64,000 bases of DNA from Candidatus Nomurabacteria bacterium (GTDB taxonomy: Bacteria > Patescibacteriota > Minisyncoccia > Phycocordibacterales > UBA918): NCBI GenBank assembly GCA_020632035.1, contig JACKGG010000002.1, positions 24,095-88,094 of the forward strand, read 5' to 3'. A program made the position numbers and the translations under genes. Positions 35,753-44,647 of the stretch are shown here, piece by piece. Every line of letters begins with the position of its first letter. Positions within the stretch are counted from its first letter, which is position 1. The notes beneath the pieces were generated by a model that saw nothing but the letters and a program-made list of their open reading frames with translations, had not been told where the DNA came from and did not search any database.

Positions 35753-38224
35753 CTAAACAAACACCACGCTCGCAATCGAATCCCCAGCTCGCATCTTCAT
35801 TACTCGCACTCCCTGAGTCTGTCGGCCAAGAGTTGGCACTTGTTTCAATGGAAGCTTAATCACCTGCCCTTTCTTGCTCATGATCACCAGCTCTCCTTCT
35901 TCCCTTTCTTCTCCAGTTAAAATAATACCCCTTACAATAGAACCGGTCTTATCTGTCACTTTAGCGGTCTTGATACCTGAACCACCCCGCTTTTGTACTT
36001 TGTATTCTTTAGCTGGTGTGGCCTTACCGTAGCCGTGCTCGGTAACTATTAGCACAACCCGGTCTTTATCGGAAGACTTAAGCACATCGGCTGAAACAAT
36101 CACATCTCCCTTACCGAGCTTCATAGCGGTTACTCCAGCGGCCGTTCGTCCCATTTCTCGCACATCACTTTCTTTGAAGCGGATAGCCTGACCTTTTTCT
36201 GTAATCAAAGACACCTCATCTTTCTTACCAACGAACAAAGCATCAATTAAGGAGTCATCGCCTTTGAGAGTAATCGCGATCAGTCCACTCCGGCGGACAT
36301 CTTTGAAGGCAGCCGCATCGCTCTTCTTAGCTACACCGTTCTTAGTGATCATCATCAGTGACCAGTCGCCATCCCAGTCTTCCTTTCGCACCGCTAAGAC
36401 CGAGGTGACTCTTTCTTCAGCGTTCATAGACAAGAAGTTCATGATCGACTTACCCTTAGTCGCTCGCCTTCCTTCTGGGATCTCGTACATCTTGCACTGA
36501 TAAACTTTTCCAGCGTCGGTAAAGAAGAGGAGGTCACTGTGAGCAGAAGTAGTTAAAAGAGTAGTTACCATATCCTCTTCTTTCGTATTCAAGTCAACCA
36601 CTCCGACCCCTCCTCGCTTTTGTACTTTATATTCAGCTGGGTTGGTACGCTTCACGTATCCACCTTGGGTTAACACCAGCACACTTTCATCGTCTGGCAC
36701 TAAGTCTTCTGGGTTGAGTTGCTTTACCCCACCTTTCACAATCTTAGTTCGGCGATCGTCACCGAATTTTTCTGCTACTTCCAGCAAGTCTTTCTTGATT
36801 ATCGCTAGCATTTTAGCCTTACTCTTCAAAATAGCCTCAAGCTCTTTGATCAGCTTTTGGATAGCCGCTAGTTCGTCTTCGATTTTCTTGCGTTCAAGTC
36901 CAGCTAGTTTCTGGAGACGCATATCGAGGATCGCTTGCGCTTGAATAGCGGAAAACTTGAACTCCTTCATCAAAGCGGCGTGAGCAGTTGGGACGTCTTT
37001 TGAGGCTCTGATGAGCTTGATTATCTTGTCTATATGATCAAGCGCTTTTTTTAGACCAAGGAGAATGTGCTCGCGGTCCTTAGCTTTATTTAAGTCATAC
37101 TGAGTTCGACGTCGAATTACTTCCACTCGGTGCTTAACATACTCTTGCAGTATTACCTTAAGCGACAAAGTCTGCGGCACACCATCTACCAAGGCCACCA
37201 TATTGTAGTGGAAAGTATCTTCGAGCTGAGTGTGCTTGTATAGTTTGTTTAAGACAGTCTGAGGCTGAGCTCCAGTCTTCAACTCAATCACAACTCGGAT
37301 GTCATTGGTCGACTCATCACGCATCTCTCGAATTCCTTCGATCTTTTTATCTCGCACCAGATTTGCAATCTTTTCTTGCAGGTCGGCTTTGTTAACTCGG
37401 AAAGGAATCGAAGTAATTATTATTGAAAAAGCACCCCGTTTATCTTCTACGATCTCTGCCTCTCCCCGCACAACCACTCCACCTCGACCAGTTGCATAAG
37501 CTTGGGCAATGGCTTTTTTATCGAAGGCAATAGCTCCCATTGGAAAATCTGGTCCTTGAACAAACTTTAGTAGATCGTCGGTATTAGCCTCTGGATTGTC
37601 GATCAGGTATGCGACCGCGTCTGCCACTTCGCGCAAGTTGTGCGGAGGAATATTAGTAGCCATACCAACTGCAATCCCAAGTGAACCAAGGAGAAGCAAG
37701 TTTGGTGCTGCTGCTGGAAGTACCACTGGCTCTTTCTTAGTACCATCGAAGTTTGGTCGCCAATCAACTGTGTCTTTTTCTAGATCACGAAGTAGTTCCT
37801 CTGCCACCTTAGACATTTTCGCCTCGGTGTATCGATAAGCGGCGGCTGAATCACCGTCGATTGATCCGAAGTTTCCTTGTCCAATAACCAGTGGATATCG
37901 TGTGGAAAAGTCCTGCGCCAGCTTAACCATAGCCTCGTACACAGAAGCATCGCCATGGGGATGGAAACTACCGAGTACGTCTCCTACTACCGTCGCAGAC
38001 TTGCGGAATTTGGCAGTAGAGGTAAGGCCGTTGAGACGCATTGAGTAGAGAATCCGGCGGTGCACTGGCTTTAAGCCGTCGCGCACATCTGGTAGAGCAC
38101 GCTGGGTAATAACCGACATGGCATAGTCTAGATACGCAGTCTCCATCTCACCAGTAATACTCTGAGTGATGATTTTATTATGTTGTGGAATGATTGGCTC
38201 TTCGGCCTGGGTCTTTTTCGGCAT
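35753..38224 (-). CDS. gyrA: DNA gyrase subunit A
   Basis: …[29 protein letters not shown]… (active-site Tyr region), followed by C-terminal beta-pinwheel repeats; 823 aa. Confidence 0.93.
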   Translation of the reverse strand: MPKKTQAEEPIIPQHNKIITQSITGEMETAYLDYAMSVITQRALPDVRDGLKPVHRRILYSMRLNGLTSTAKFRKSATVVGDVLGSFHPHGDASVYEAMVKLAQDFSTRYPLVIGQGNFGSIDGDSAAAYRYTEAKMSKVAEELLRDLEKDTVDWRPNFDGTKKEPVVLPAAAPNLLLLGSLGIAVGMATNIPPHNLREVADAVAYLIDNPEANTDDLLKFVQGPDFPMGAIAFDKKAIAQAYATGRGGVVVRGEAEIVEDKRGAFSIIITSIPFRVNKADLQEKIANLVRDKKIEGIREMRDESTNDIRVVIELKTGAQPQTVLNKLYKHTQLEDTFHYNMVALVDGVPQTLSLKVILQEYVKHRVEVIRRRTQYDLNKAKDREHILLGLKKALDHIDKIIKLIRASKDVPTAHAALMKEFKFSAIQAQAILDMRLQKLAGLERKKIEDELAAIQKLIKELEAILKSKAKMLAIIKKDLLEVAEKFGDDRRTKIVKGGVKQLNPEDLVPDDESVLVLTQGGYVKRTNPAEYKVQKRGGVGVVDLNTKEEDMVTTLLTTSAHSDLLFFTDAGKVYQCKMYEIPEGRRATKGKSIMNFLSMNAEERVTSVLAVRKEDWDGDWSLMMITKNGVAKKSDAAAFKDVRRSGLIAITLKGDDSLIDALFVGKKDEVSLITEKGQAIRFKESDVREMGRTAAGVTAMKLGKGDVIVSADVLKSSDKDRVVLIVTEHGYGKATPAKEYKVQKRGGSGIKTAKVTDKTGSIVRGIILTGEEREEGELVIMSKKGQVIKLPLKQVPTLGRQTQGVRVMKMRAGDSIASVVFV

Positions 38225-38371
38225 ACTGTTTTTCTGTATACAATATAATTAAATAATTCAATCTTCGAAGCCCGTATTTTCGCTTATCTTAAAGGGCGAA
38301 CTTGGGACCTACCTCTACATCAACACTAAATCTTAGTCTCATTCAGTAAATTAGACTGCAGTATAGCATAT

Positions 38372-38848
38372 CTACTGTCCACTTGGAGTGGTAGACGAGC
38401 TATCGGTAGTAATAATAAGAACCTCTCTTCCTCGCCCAGCACTACCTGAAACTAACTTATCTTCCTCTTTAACAGTCTGGCTAGGCCAAGTGTATTTATC
38501 GGAAGATGAGGCTCTGGGCTCGACTGTGATCGGCTCAATATATATAGACGAAGTGTCAGATACAGGTTCCTCTGTTACTGATGTTTCTTCTTCAGCAATA
38601 ACTGAAGACTTCAAGCTCGCCACCTGCTTACGGACATCGCTGAAGAAACTAGCAAAACCAGGTGACCTACTCTCTTCACTAGGCTCACTTTGACCGTGCC
38701 TTTTGTCGATAGCCGCGTAGCGAGCCGGAGCTTGTGATAGCCAGACAGTGAAGATCAGGGCAGTAAAAAGAGCAGCTAAAGAGAAGGCAATATTATCTCT
38801 AGACGACTTAGATCTTTGGCGAATGTTTCTAAGTAAGCTTTTGATCAT
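38372..38848 (-). CDS. Hypothetical membrane-anchored Ser/Thr-rich protein
   Basis: 158-aa ORF with an N-terminal TM helix (IAFSLAALFTALIFTVWL) and a low-complexity tail. Confidence 0.45.
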   Translation of the reverse strand: MIKSLLRNIRQRSKSSRDNIAFSLAALFTALIFTVWLSQAPARYAAIDKRHGQSEPSEESRSPGFASFFSDVRKQVASLKSSVIAEEETSVTEEPVSDTSSIYIEPITVEPRASSSDKYTWPSQTVKEEDKLVSGSAGRGREVLIITTDSSSTTPSGQ

Positions 38849-38853
38849 AGTGG

Positions 38854-39495
38854 TTATACCTTTAAGACAGCCACTTCTCCTGACATTTCACGCACGTCTT
38901 TCTTCTTTAGAGTTAACTTATCTACCGGCTTCAAGTCTTCGTTACCTTCTTCTTTAAGAAAAGCTTTTAGAGCGGTGGCGTCATAGTGCATCGGGATTAT
39001 CAGTCTAGCTTCTAGCTTTACTGCTAATTTCGAAGCTTGTGGTACTTCTAGCACATCACCACCGCCAATTGGGACAAACAATATGTCGATATCACCAAAC
39101 TCACCGAGGATCTTTGGGTCGATTTCTGGATTATTTAGTGCGCCAAGAAAAACAATATTCATTTCCTCTAGTCGTACTTGGTAAATGGTGTTGAAGCAGT
39201 CTTTTTTTTCATAATTTGTAGCAACACCAAAGCCGTGAGCTGTCACCTGGCCGATTTCGTACTCACCAGGGCCATCAACTAGAAACGGTTGTTTTGAGCC
39301 GTGGGTTACGTTTTCCACCCCGTTAAAATCATCGTGCCAGAGCGAAACAAACGCCACATCTGAGCCGAACTTGGCTGGACTTAGTTTGGATTTTTTAGAA
39401 ATTGGATTGAAAGCAATTGTAGTGTCACCAAACGAAACTTTAAAACACTGACCGCCGTGAAATGTAATAACCATAGTGGAGATAGTATAAAGCAT
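38854..39495 (-). CDS. Metallo-beta-lactamase-fold hydrolase (UPF0173-like)
   Basis: …ITFHGGQCFKVSFGDTTIAFNP… and …DILFVPIGGGDVLEV… resemble small MBL-fold metal-dependent hydrolases. Confidence 0.55.
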   Translation of the reverse strand: MLYTISTMVITFHGGQCFKVSFGDTTIAFNPISKKSKLSPAKFGSDVAFVSLWHDDFNGVENVTHGSKQPFLVDGPGEYEIGQVTAHGFGVATNYEKKDCFNTIYQVRLEEMNIVFLGALNNPEIDPKILGEFGDIDILFVPIGGGDVLEVPQASKLAVKLEARLIIPMHYDATALKAFLKEEGNEDLKPVDKLTLKKKDVREMSGEVAVLKV

Positions 39496-39541
39496 AAAGT
39501 CCAGAACAAGAAGTATTTCATGTTGTTCTGATGAAATACTA

Positions 39542-39710
39542 GAAAATTACCAAGCTTTTGTGAGACGAGTGCTTCATTCTAGGTTGAATATATTCGTCTC
39601 CAGTACGCAAAACCCATAACTCGCTTCACTCAAACAGATGGGTTTTACTCTTACGACTCACTATTCAACAGCTACCATTCCGCAAGTCTCACAAAAGCTT
39701 GGTAATTTTC
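39542..39710. repeat. 169-bp element bounded by perfect 25-bp inverted repeats (MITE-like or long-stem RNA), containing a T7-promoter-like 13-mer
   Basis: Left arm gaaaattaccaagcttttgtgagac (39542-39566) is the exact reverse complement of gtctcacaaaagcttggtaattttc (39686-39710). Internal hairpins agacga…tcgtct and gcaaaacccat…atgggttttac. tacgactcactat at 39652-39664 matches the T7 class III promoter core. Confidence 0.8.
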
Positions 39711-39934
39711 AGGTAAAAACTTGACAAATACTTTAAATATGCTATCCTTTTCGTGTTCCCAAGCGGAACAAACTTCAACCTTCATAAATGTTTTCGGGAG
39801 AAAAATTATGCGAAGGGAGAAGCGCTTCATCGCGCGCCAAAGCAGGTCGGAAACGACCTAAGCGCTGAGCCAACAGCGTCAATATAAGCTAAATGGCAAA
39901 ACCCGTTAACTAAAACTAACTAGAGGGATTGAGC

Positions 39935-40087
39935 ATGCTTAATCTTCACGGACCGCCCGCCAAGGGCAAACTGGCTTCGTCCAAGGTAAATTTTTATTTT
40001 AAACGCGGCGACAACGACAACCTGCGCGACGACGGCGGCCACCTGGGCGACGACGGCGGCCACCTGGGCGATATTATCTCAGACTGA
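39935..40087 (+). CDS. Candidate small ORF (50 aa) with good RBS; contains the GC-rich tandem repeat
   Basis: AGAGGGA 5 nt before ATG. MLNLHGPPAKGKLASSKVNFYFKRGDNDNLRDDGGHLGDDGGHLGDIISD. Below the track's length cut-off. A 17-aa ORF (39808-39861, MRREKRFIARQSRSETT) with RBS GGGAGA lies upstream. Confidence 0.3.
   Translation: MLNLHGPPAKGKLASSKVNFYFKRGDNDNLRDDGGHLGDDGGHLGDIISD
40028..40069. repeat. 21-bp GC-rich perfect tandem direct repeat (2 copies)
   Basis: gacgacggcggccacctgggc occurs twice head-to-tail; about 75% GC in an otherwise AT-rich intergenic region. Confidence 0.85.
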
Positions 40088-40245
40088 CGACCAGGCCCGC
40101 TGCGCCGAAACCGGTTTTGGTTATCGGGCAAAGTAAAGCTCGGTAGACCAAATGTCCGGTTTGTTTGAAAACATGTTCTTTCAACCTAAACGTGCCCCTC
40201 AGGACTAGGAACCCTGTTGAATCGACAGGCACAAGAAGCTCAACA

Positions 40246-40291
40246 AAGCCCTCGGGCGCAACCATCGCAGTGTTGCACCCGGGGCTTTTTT
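40246..40291 (+). terminator. Strong intrinsic terminator closing the 39.7-40.3 kb non-coding transcript region
   Basis: Stem aagccctcgggcgcaac / gttgcacccggggctt (15 bp, two non-Watson-Crick pairs) followed by TTTTTT. Confidence 0.65.
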
Positions 40292-40391
40292 ATAGACAAA
40301 TTCGTTTATATATATTATATTGTCGCCACCTAAAAGGTAATTAATAGTTTCTAGCGACACACGTTTAACCCTCTGTATATGGGTATGGCCG

Positions 40392-40421
40392 GTGGAAAAT
40401 TTTCTTAAGAAAATTTTCCAC
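40392..40421. promoter_or_regulatory. Perfect 30-bp palindrome in the rpsA upstream region (candidate operator)
   Basis: gtggaaaattttctt|aagaaaattttccac; centred about 65 bp upstream of the rpsA ATG. Confidence 0.5.
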
Positions 40422-40472
40422 CTCGAGAAATGGTTACAGAGACGCGTGTCGTCGGAATAATAAAATAATAAA

Positions 40473-41585
40473 ATGTTTGGATTTGGAAAATCTAACGACA
40501 GCGAGTCAAACACCGCTGTTGCAACTGGAGTGATGGACAAGTATTTGGCCGAAACACCAGCCGCTCCCCAAGAAGGAGATATTGTAGAAGGAGTAGTATC
40601 AGCTATTGGACGAGCTCGAGTTTATATCGATATCGCACCATTTGGTACAGGTCTTATCTACGGACGTGAATACATGAATGCGCGAGATATTCTGCGTAAG
40701 GTTCACCCGGGAGACACCATTGCTTCTAAAGTAGTGATGTCAGAAAACGAAGATGGCTACATTGAGCTTTCACTTAAAGAAGCGAGGCAGGCTCTCATCT
40801 GGGCAGACGCCGAAGAAGCAGTTAAGAAAGGGACTATTCTTAGCCTTGAAGTTAAGGAAGCCAACAAGGGTGGACTTATCATCGACTGGCAAGGAGTACA
40901 AGGATTCCTACCAGCTTCACAGCTTTCTTCAGAAAACTACCCTCGAGTATCAGACGGCGACAAGGACAAAATCCTTACCGCTCTTAATGAACTAGTTGGT
41001 AAGCATCTATCAGTAGTAATGATCACAGCTGATCCAAAGGAACACAAGCTAATCTTCTCTGAAAAGGGACTACAAGAAAAGGAAGAGAAAGAAGAAAAGG
41101 TTAACAAGTATGATGTTGGAAATGTTATCAAGGGTGAAGTGACTGGTGCCGTAGACTTCGGAATCTTCGTTAAGCTCGAACCAGGTCTTGAAGGTTTGGT
41201 CCACATCTCTGAACTCGACTGGGGTCTAGTGGAAGACACTAAGGCACTATACAAGGTAGGTGACCCGGTAGAAGTTAAGGTGATTGAAGTGAAAGACGAT
41301 AAGATTTCTCTTTCTATCAAACAACTAAAAGAAAACCCATGGGTTTCGGCTGCAAAGAAATACAAGAAGGACCAGATAGTAGACGGAGTAGTCATTAAGT
41401 ACAACAAACACGGAGCTTTAGCATCTATTGAAGAAGGTGTAGCTGGTTTGGTTCACGTTTCAGAATTTGAAACAGTAGAAAAACTAAAATCATCACTATC
41501 TCTAGGAAATGTTTACAAGTTTAAAATCACTCTTTTTGAACCAAATGAACAGAAGATGACTTTGTCGACCAAGGATGTTGCTTAA
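40473..41585 (+). CDS. rpsA: 30S ribosomal protein S1 (four S1 domains)
   Basis: Repeated S1 OB-fold motifs (…GDIVEGVV…, …GTILSLEVKEANKGGLIIDW…, …GNVIKGEVTGAVDFGIFVKL…, …DQIVDGVVIKYNKHGALASI…). Confidence 0.9.
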   Translation: MFGFGKSNDSESNTAVATGVMDKYLAETPAAPQEGDIVEGVVSAIGRARVYIDIAPFGTGLIYGREYMNARDILRKVHPGDTIASKVVMSENEDGYIELSLKEARQALIWADAEEAVKKGTILSLEVKEANKGGLIIDWQGVQGFLPASQLSSENYPRVSDGDKDKILTALNELVGKHLSVVMITADPKEHKLIFSEKGLQEKEEKEEKVNKYDVGNVIKGEVTGAVDFGIFVKLEPGLEGLVHISELDWGLVEDTKALYKVGDPVEVKVIEVKDDKISLSIKQLKENPWVSAAKKYKKDQIVDGVVIKYNKHGALASIEEGVAGLVHVSEFETVEKLKSSLSLGNVYKFKITLFEPNEQKMTLSTKDVA

Positions 41586-41610
41586 TAAGCACCTACTCAC
41601 TTAGTAGAAA

Positions 41611-41654
41611 AGCACGAAAAAGCTGGCCTCGGGCCAGCTTTTTCGTGCTTTATC
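41611..41654 (+). terminator. Intrinsic terminator after rpsA
   Basis: Stem agcacgaaaaagctggcc / ggccagctttttcgtgct followed by TTAT. Confidence 0.65.
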
Positions 41655-41726
41655 CCCAATTACTTGCTTTTTAGGTTATTTTGTGGTATTATATAAAAAT
41701 GACATTTACCTATAGGAGGGATAGTC

Positions 41727-41933
41727 ATGTTATCAAATAAGCATAAGCTGGATCGCCACTTGCCTGGGCTGGTGGCGGTAATGGTTGTTTTGGGGACAGG
41801 TCTAGGCCTGTTAACCGGACACATATCCGGTGACACTTCCCTGAAATTTTTGGTTTTGGGAGGAATCTCTGTCTGCGCACTAAGCAGGTTGAGAATCCGT
41901 CTCCAACAAAATAAACGGTCACCGAGCTGTTAA
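41727..41933 (+). CDS. Hypothetical small membrane protein
   Basis: Strong RBS AGGAGGGA 5 nt before ATG; 68 aa with two hydrophobic helices; terminator immediately downstream. Confidence 0.5.
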   Translation: MLSNKHKLDRHLPGLVAVMVVLGTGLGLLTGHISGDTSLKFLVLGGISVCALSRLRIRLQQNKRSPSC

Positions 41934-41958
41934 GAGTGGCCCAAGAGCTTATAGCCGA

Positions 41959-41992
41959 GCCCCCCGCAAATCTGCGGGGGTTTACTTTGTTT
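41959..41992 (+). terminator. Intrinsic terminator after the small membrane ORF
   Basis: Stem cccccgca / tgcggggg followed by TTTACTTTGTTTG. Confidence 0.6.
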
Positions 41993-42584
41993 GATTCACC
42001 CTATTCATCGCTACCTTTGCCCCATCTAAAATAATCGTCTCCAGCGCTAACTGGACTTTCTTATATACTTCAGGCAAATCTCCCTTTTCTGTTAGGCCAA
42101 AAGGTTTTAGCACAAAACGCTCGAGCGGCCCACCTCCTTGCGGACGCTTCACTTTCCCGGTCCAAATGCTCTTGGGCGCAATCCCAACCCTCACTCGCAC
42201 AAATTCCTTTGTTCCTAACTTATCTATAATAGACTGAACTCCATTATTGCCACCGGCTCCCTTGCCTTTTCCTATCTTTACTTCACCAAACGGTAGATCA
42301 ATATCATCATGGACTACAATAAGTTTTGAGATGTCGTCCTTTGGGACAAACTTTACCACTGCACTCCCTGAGTTATTCATATATGTATCTGGGTAAAGAA
42401 CCTTTACCTCACCCCCTGCAACCACCCCTTCCGTAACCTCTCCGGAAAATTGCTTTGAGCTTACAAGAGCTGGTAATTGGTTTTCCACTAGGAAATAGTC
42501 AAGTGCCAGCCAGCCGACATTATGTCTAGTGTTGCTATACTTTTCTCCAGGGTTTCCAAGGCCTACGATGTAATACATATTCAA
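41982..42584 (-). CDS. pth: Peptidyl-tRNA hydrolase
   Basis: MYYIVGLGNPGEKYSNTRHNVGWLALDYF… and …VVHDDIDLPFGEVKIGKGKGAGGNNGVQSII… are canonical Pth motifs. Confidence 0.9.
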   Translation of the reverse strand: MNMYYIVGLGNPGEKYSNTRHNVGWLALDYFLVENQLPALVSSKQFSGEVTEGVVAGGEVKVLYPDTYMNNSGSAVVKFVPKDDISKLIVVHDDIDLPFGEVKIGKGKGAGGNNGVQSIIDKLGTKEFVRVRVGIAPKSIWTGKVKRPQGGGPLERFVLKPFGLTEKGDLPEVYKKVQLALETIILDGAKVAMNRVNQTK

Positions 42585-42605
42585 CTAATTAAACCATAAT
42601 ACACG

Positions 42606-43817
42606 TTAAACATCTCTACCGTAGTCTCCTGCCTCGTGTTTCTTTATTATGTACCAGTACATTGAAAATGAAACTATAATAAAAAATATGCCCAGAATTA
42701 AGAAGCTTTTTTGATATGAAAAATGTAAAATCAAAGTACCTAAGACAAAACTGATAGCACCAGAAATAAGAGACTTAAGTTGAGAATAGACTGATAATAA
42801 AGTTGCTTTGAACTTGCTACCACTAATAATCTGTAGTTGGTATCCTTCATCTATTTTAGAAAATCCCCACTGAATGGCATTTGCCAAAACAAACACTACT
42901 GCCACCACTAACCAACTATCTATTGACCACGCAATCAAATACAAAACCCCAAACAAGAATATCTGCCAAAGATAAAAAGAAGGTAAAGTTAGAACATTTT
43001 TAATTCTTCCACTATAAGCCAGCATCAGAGAGGCTAGCCCTCGACCTAAACCAAACAGTACCCCGAACCAAATAACTGATATTCCAACAAATTCTTGATA
43101 CGGATCCCTAAACATAGAAAAACTTGTAGCGGTAGCTCCAATAAAGGCCGACAACAAAACGACACTGAAAAAATTGAGACGGTAAGCTTCTTTCATAACT
43201 TGCTTAAAATTGGTAATCCCAACTTCTTTAACGTGCTCTGGAGTGACAGGTGGTACGACTAGACTAAAAACTACAAATAAACCGATTACGTCCATAATCA
43301 GAGCTATCAGAAAAGGTACTTTGTAACTAATACTAACCAAAAACGGCACCAACACCGTGAGTATAATCGGTACGGAAAACCCGATCGCTGACACTTTTCC
43401 CATTATCCGGCTGTATTCGTGTTCTATATTTAGAGCTCGTAGAGTTTCGTGCATAAAGGCACTTCCTGTACCACTCTTAAATGCCCAACTGGCACACATA
43501 ATAGTAGAAGCCAACATTAATAAAGTGACACTATTTGCAAACAAAAACAAAATCGTAGAGCAGACCATCAGAATACTAGACATTACGAGTGTTTGCTTGT
43601 GACCAAGCTTGTCTGAAATATAACCACTCGGTATTTCTAGAAAAAAAGAGACTACATTCCCCACTAACAAAATAAGTCCGACCGTCTGGACGGTTACGTC
43701 AGGAATAGTCAGATAATATACACTGATGATAGCGGCGAAGATTCGTTTGTTTACGACTCCCATCACTGTGTACTTCCAAATATTTGACCTGAGTCTTCTT
43801 TCTAGTTCAGCAACCAT
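42606..43817 (-). CDS. Major facilitator superfamily transporter
   Basis: 403 aa, about 12 predicted TM helices, MFS-like loop (…GYISDKLGHKQTL…). Confidence 0.7.
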   Translation of the reverse strand: MVAELERRLRSNIWKYTVMGVVNKRIFAAIISVYYLTIPDVTVQTVGLILLVGNVVSFFLEIPSGYISDKLGHKQTLVMSSILMVCSTILFLFANSVTLLMLASTIMCASWAFKSGTGSAFMHETLRALNIEHEYSRIMGKVSAIGFSVPIILTVLVPFLVSISYKVPFLIALIMDVIGLFVVFSLVVPPVTPEHVKEVGITNFKQVMKEAYRLNFFSVVLLSAFIGATATSFSMFRDPYQEFVGISVIWFGVLFGLGRGLASLMLAYSGRIKNVLTLPSFYLWQIFLFGVLYLIAWSIDSWLVVAVVFVLANAIQWGFSKIDEGYQLQIISGSKFKATLLSVYSQLKSLISGAISFVLGTLILHFSYQKSFLILGIFFIIVSFSMYWYIIKKHEAGDYGRDV

Positions 43818-43985
43818 AAATTGCTAGTATTTATTACACAGAAACCGCTCTTCTCCTAACCACTTGATAACACTCATATTCTTTCAAGAAACCCTAAACT
43901 GCAGTTACTAAACACAAACCTACACGTATTTTGGGAAATTTGTTTTTAGTTTAAAAATTTCGTATACTAGTGATTAATTAGTCCT

Positions 43986-44630
43986 ATGTCACTATTCTCA
44001 AACAAAGAAATTACTAACGAAACCTCTGATCAAGAGAATACTGAAGACATGAAAACTGAACACCCTCTAACCGAGATCGTTCGCTTCTCCATCATTGCAA
44101 TTCTTATCGTTATTCCGATTAGAATGTTTATCGCTCAGCCATTCATCGTGTCTGGAGCTTCAATGGATAACACTTTCCACAGTGGTCAGTATTTGATTGT
44201 GGATCAAGTCACCTACCTCTTCGAGAAACCTAGCCGTGGAGACGTGATTGTTTTTCGTTATCCAAAGGATCCTTCTAAATTCTTTATCAAAAGAGTCATT
44301 GGCCTACCCGGAGACACTCTATCTATCGAAAATAGCAGGGTGACAATTGTTAATGAGGCTAATCCGGATGGTTTCACCCTAGATGAACCATACATAAAGT
44401 CTATGGAGCCTACCTCACCCTTCACCGAGACCCTCGGCGAGCGCGAATACTTCGTCATGGGTGACAACCGTGACCAAAGCTCAGATTCAAGGAGCTGGGG
44501 AGTTTTGCAAGAAGAAAGGATAGTCGGTAGAGCCTTGGTGCGATTGTTTCCGCCGAGCGCCCTAGATTATCTGCCAGGAGCCACCAGTTACATTTACGAA
44601 AAGAACCAAGACGCCGTTACCAAAAATTAG
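43986..44630 (+). CDS. lepB: Signal peptidase I
   Basis: Catalytic Ser box (SGASMDNTF), Lys box (…KRVIGLPGDTLSIEN…), …VMGDNRDQSSDSRSWG…. Confidence 0.9.
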   Translation: MSLFSNKEITNETSDQENTEDMKTEHPLTEIVRFSIIAILIVIPIRMFIAQPFIVSGASMDNTFHSGQYLIVDQVTYLFEKPSRGDVIVFRYPKDPSKFFIKRVIGLPGDTLSIENSRVTIVNEANPDGFTLDEPYIKSMEPTSPFTETLGEREYFVMGDNRDQSSDSRSWGVLQEERIVGRALVRLFPPSALDYLPGATSYIYEKNQDAVTKN

Positions 44631-44647
44631 TAATTCACCACAAATTT

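Noticed and set aside
35174-35920. 248-aa plus-strand ORF
   Set aside because: It lies entirely antisense to the methyltransferase gene and the gyrA 3' end; its Ser/Pro-rich translation is typical of antisense frames.
39652-39664. T7 promoter as cloning-vector contamination
   Set aside because: Only the 13-nt core matches. The -17 to -15 and -1/+1 positions differ from vector T7 promoters, and the sequence sits inside a native-looking inverted-repeat element.
39496-40472. tmRNA, RNase P RNA or SRP RNA in the 970-bp non-coding region
   Set aside because: No tRNA-like 5'/3' ends or tag reading frame ending in A-A on either strand. No GGAAAGUCCGGGCUCC / ACAGAAnCCGGCUUA P4 pair in the correct order. 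No AGGAAGCAG-type SRP domain IV loop. Only partial chance resemblances.
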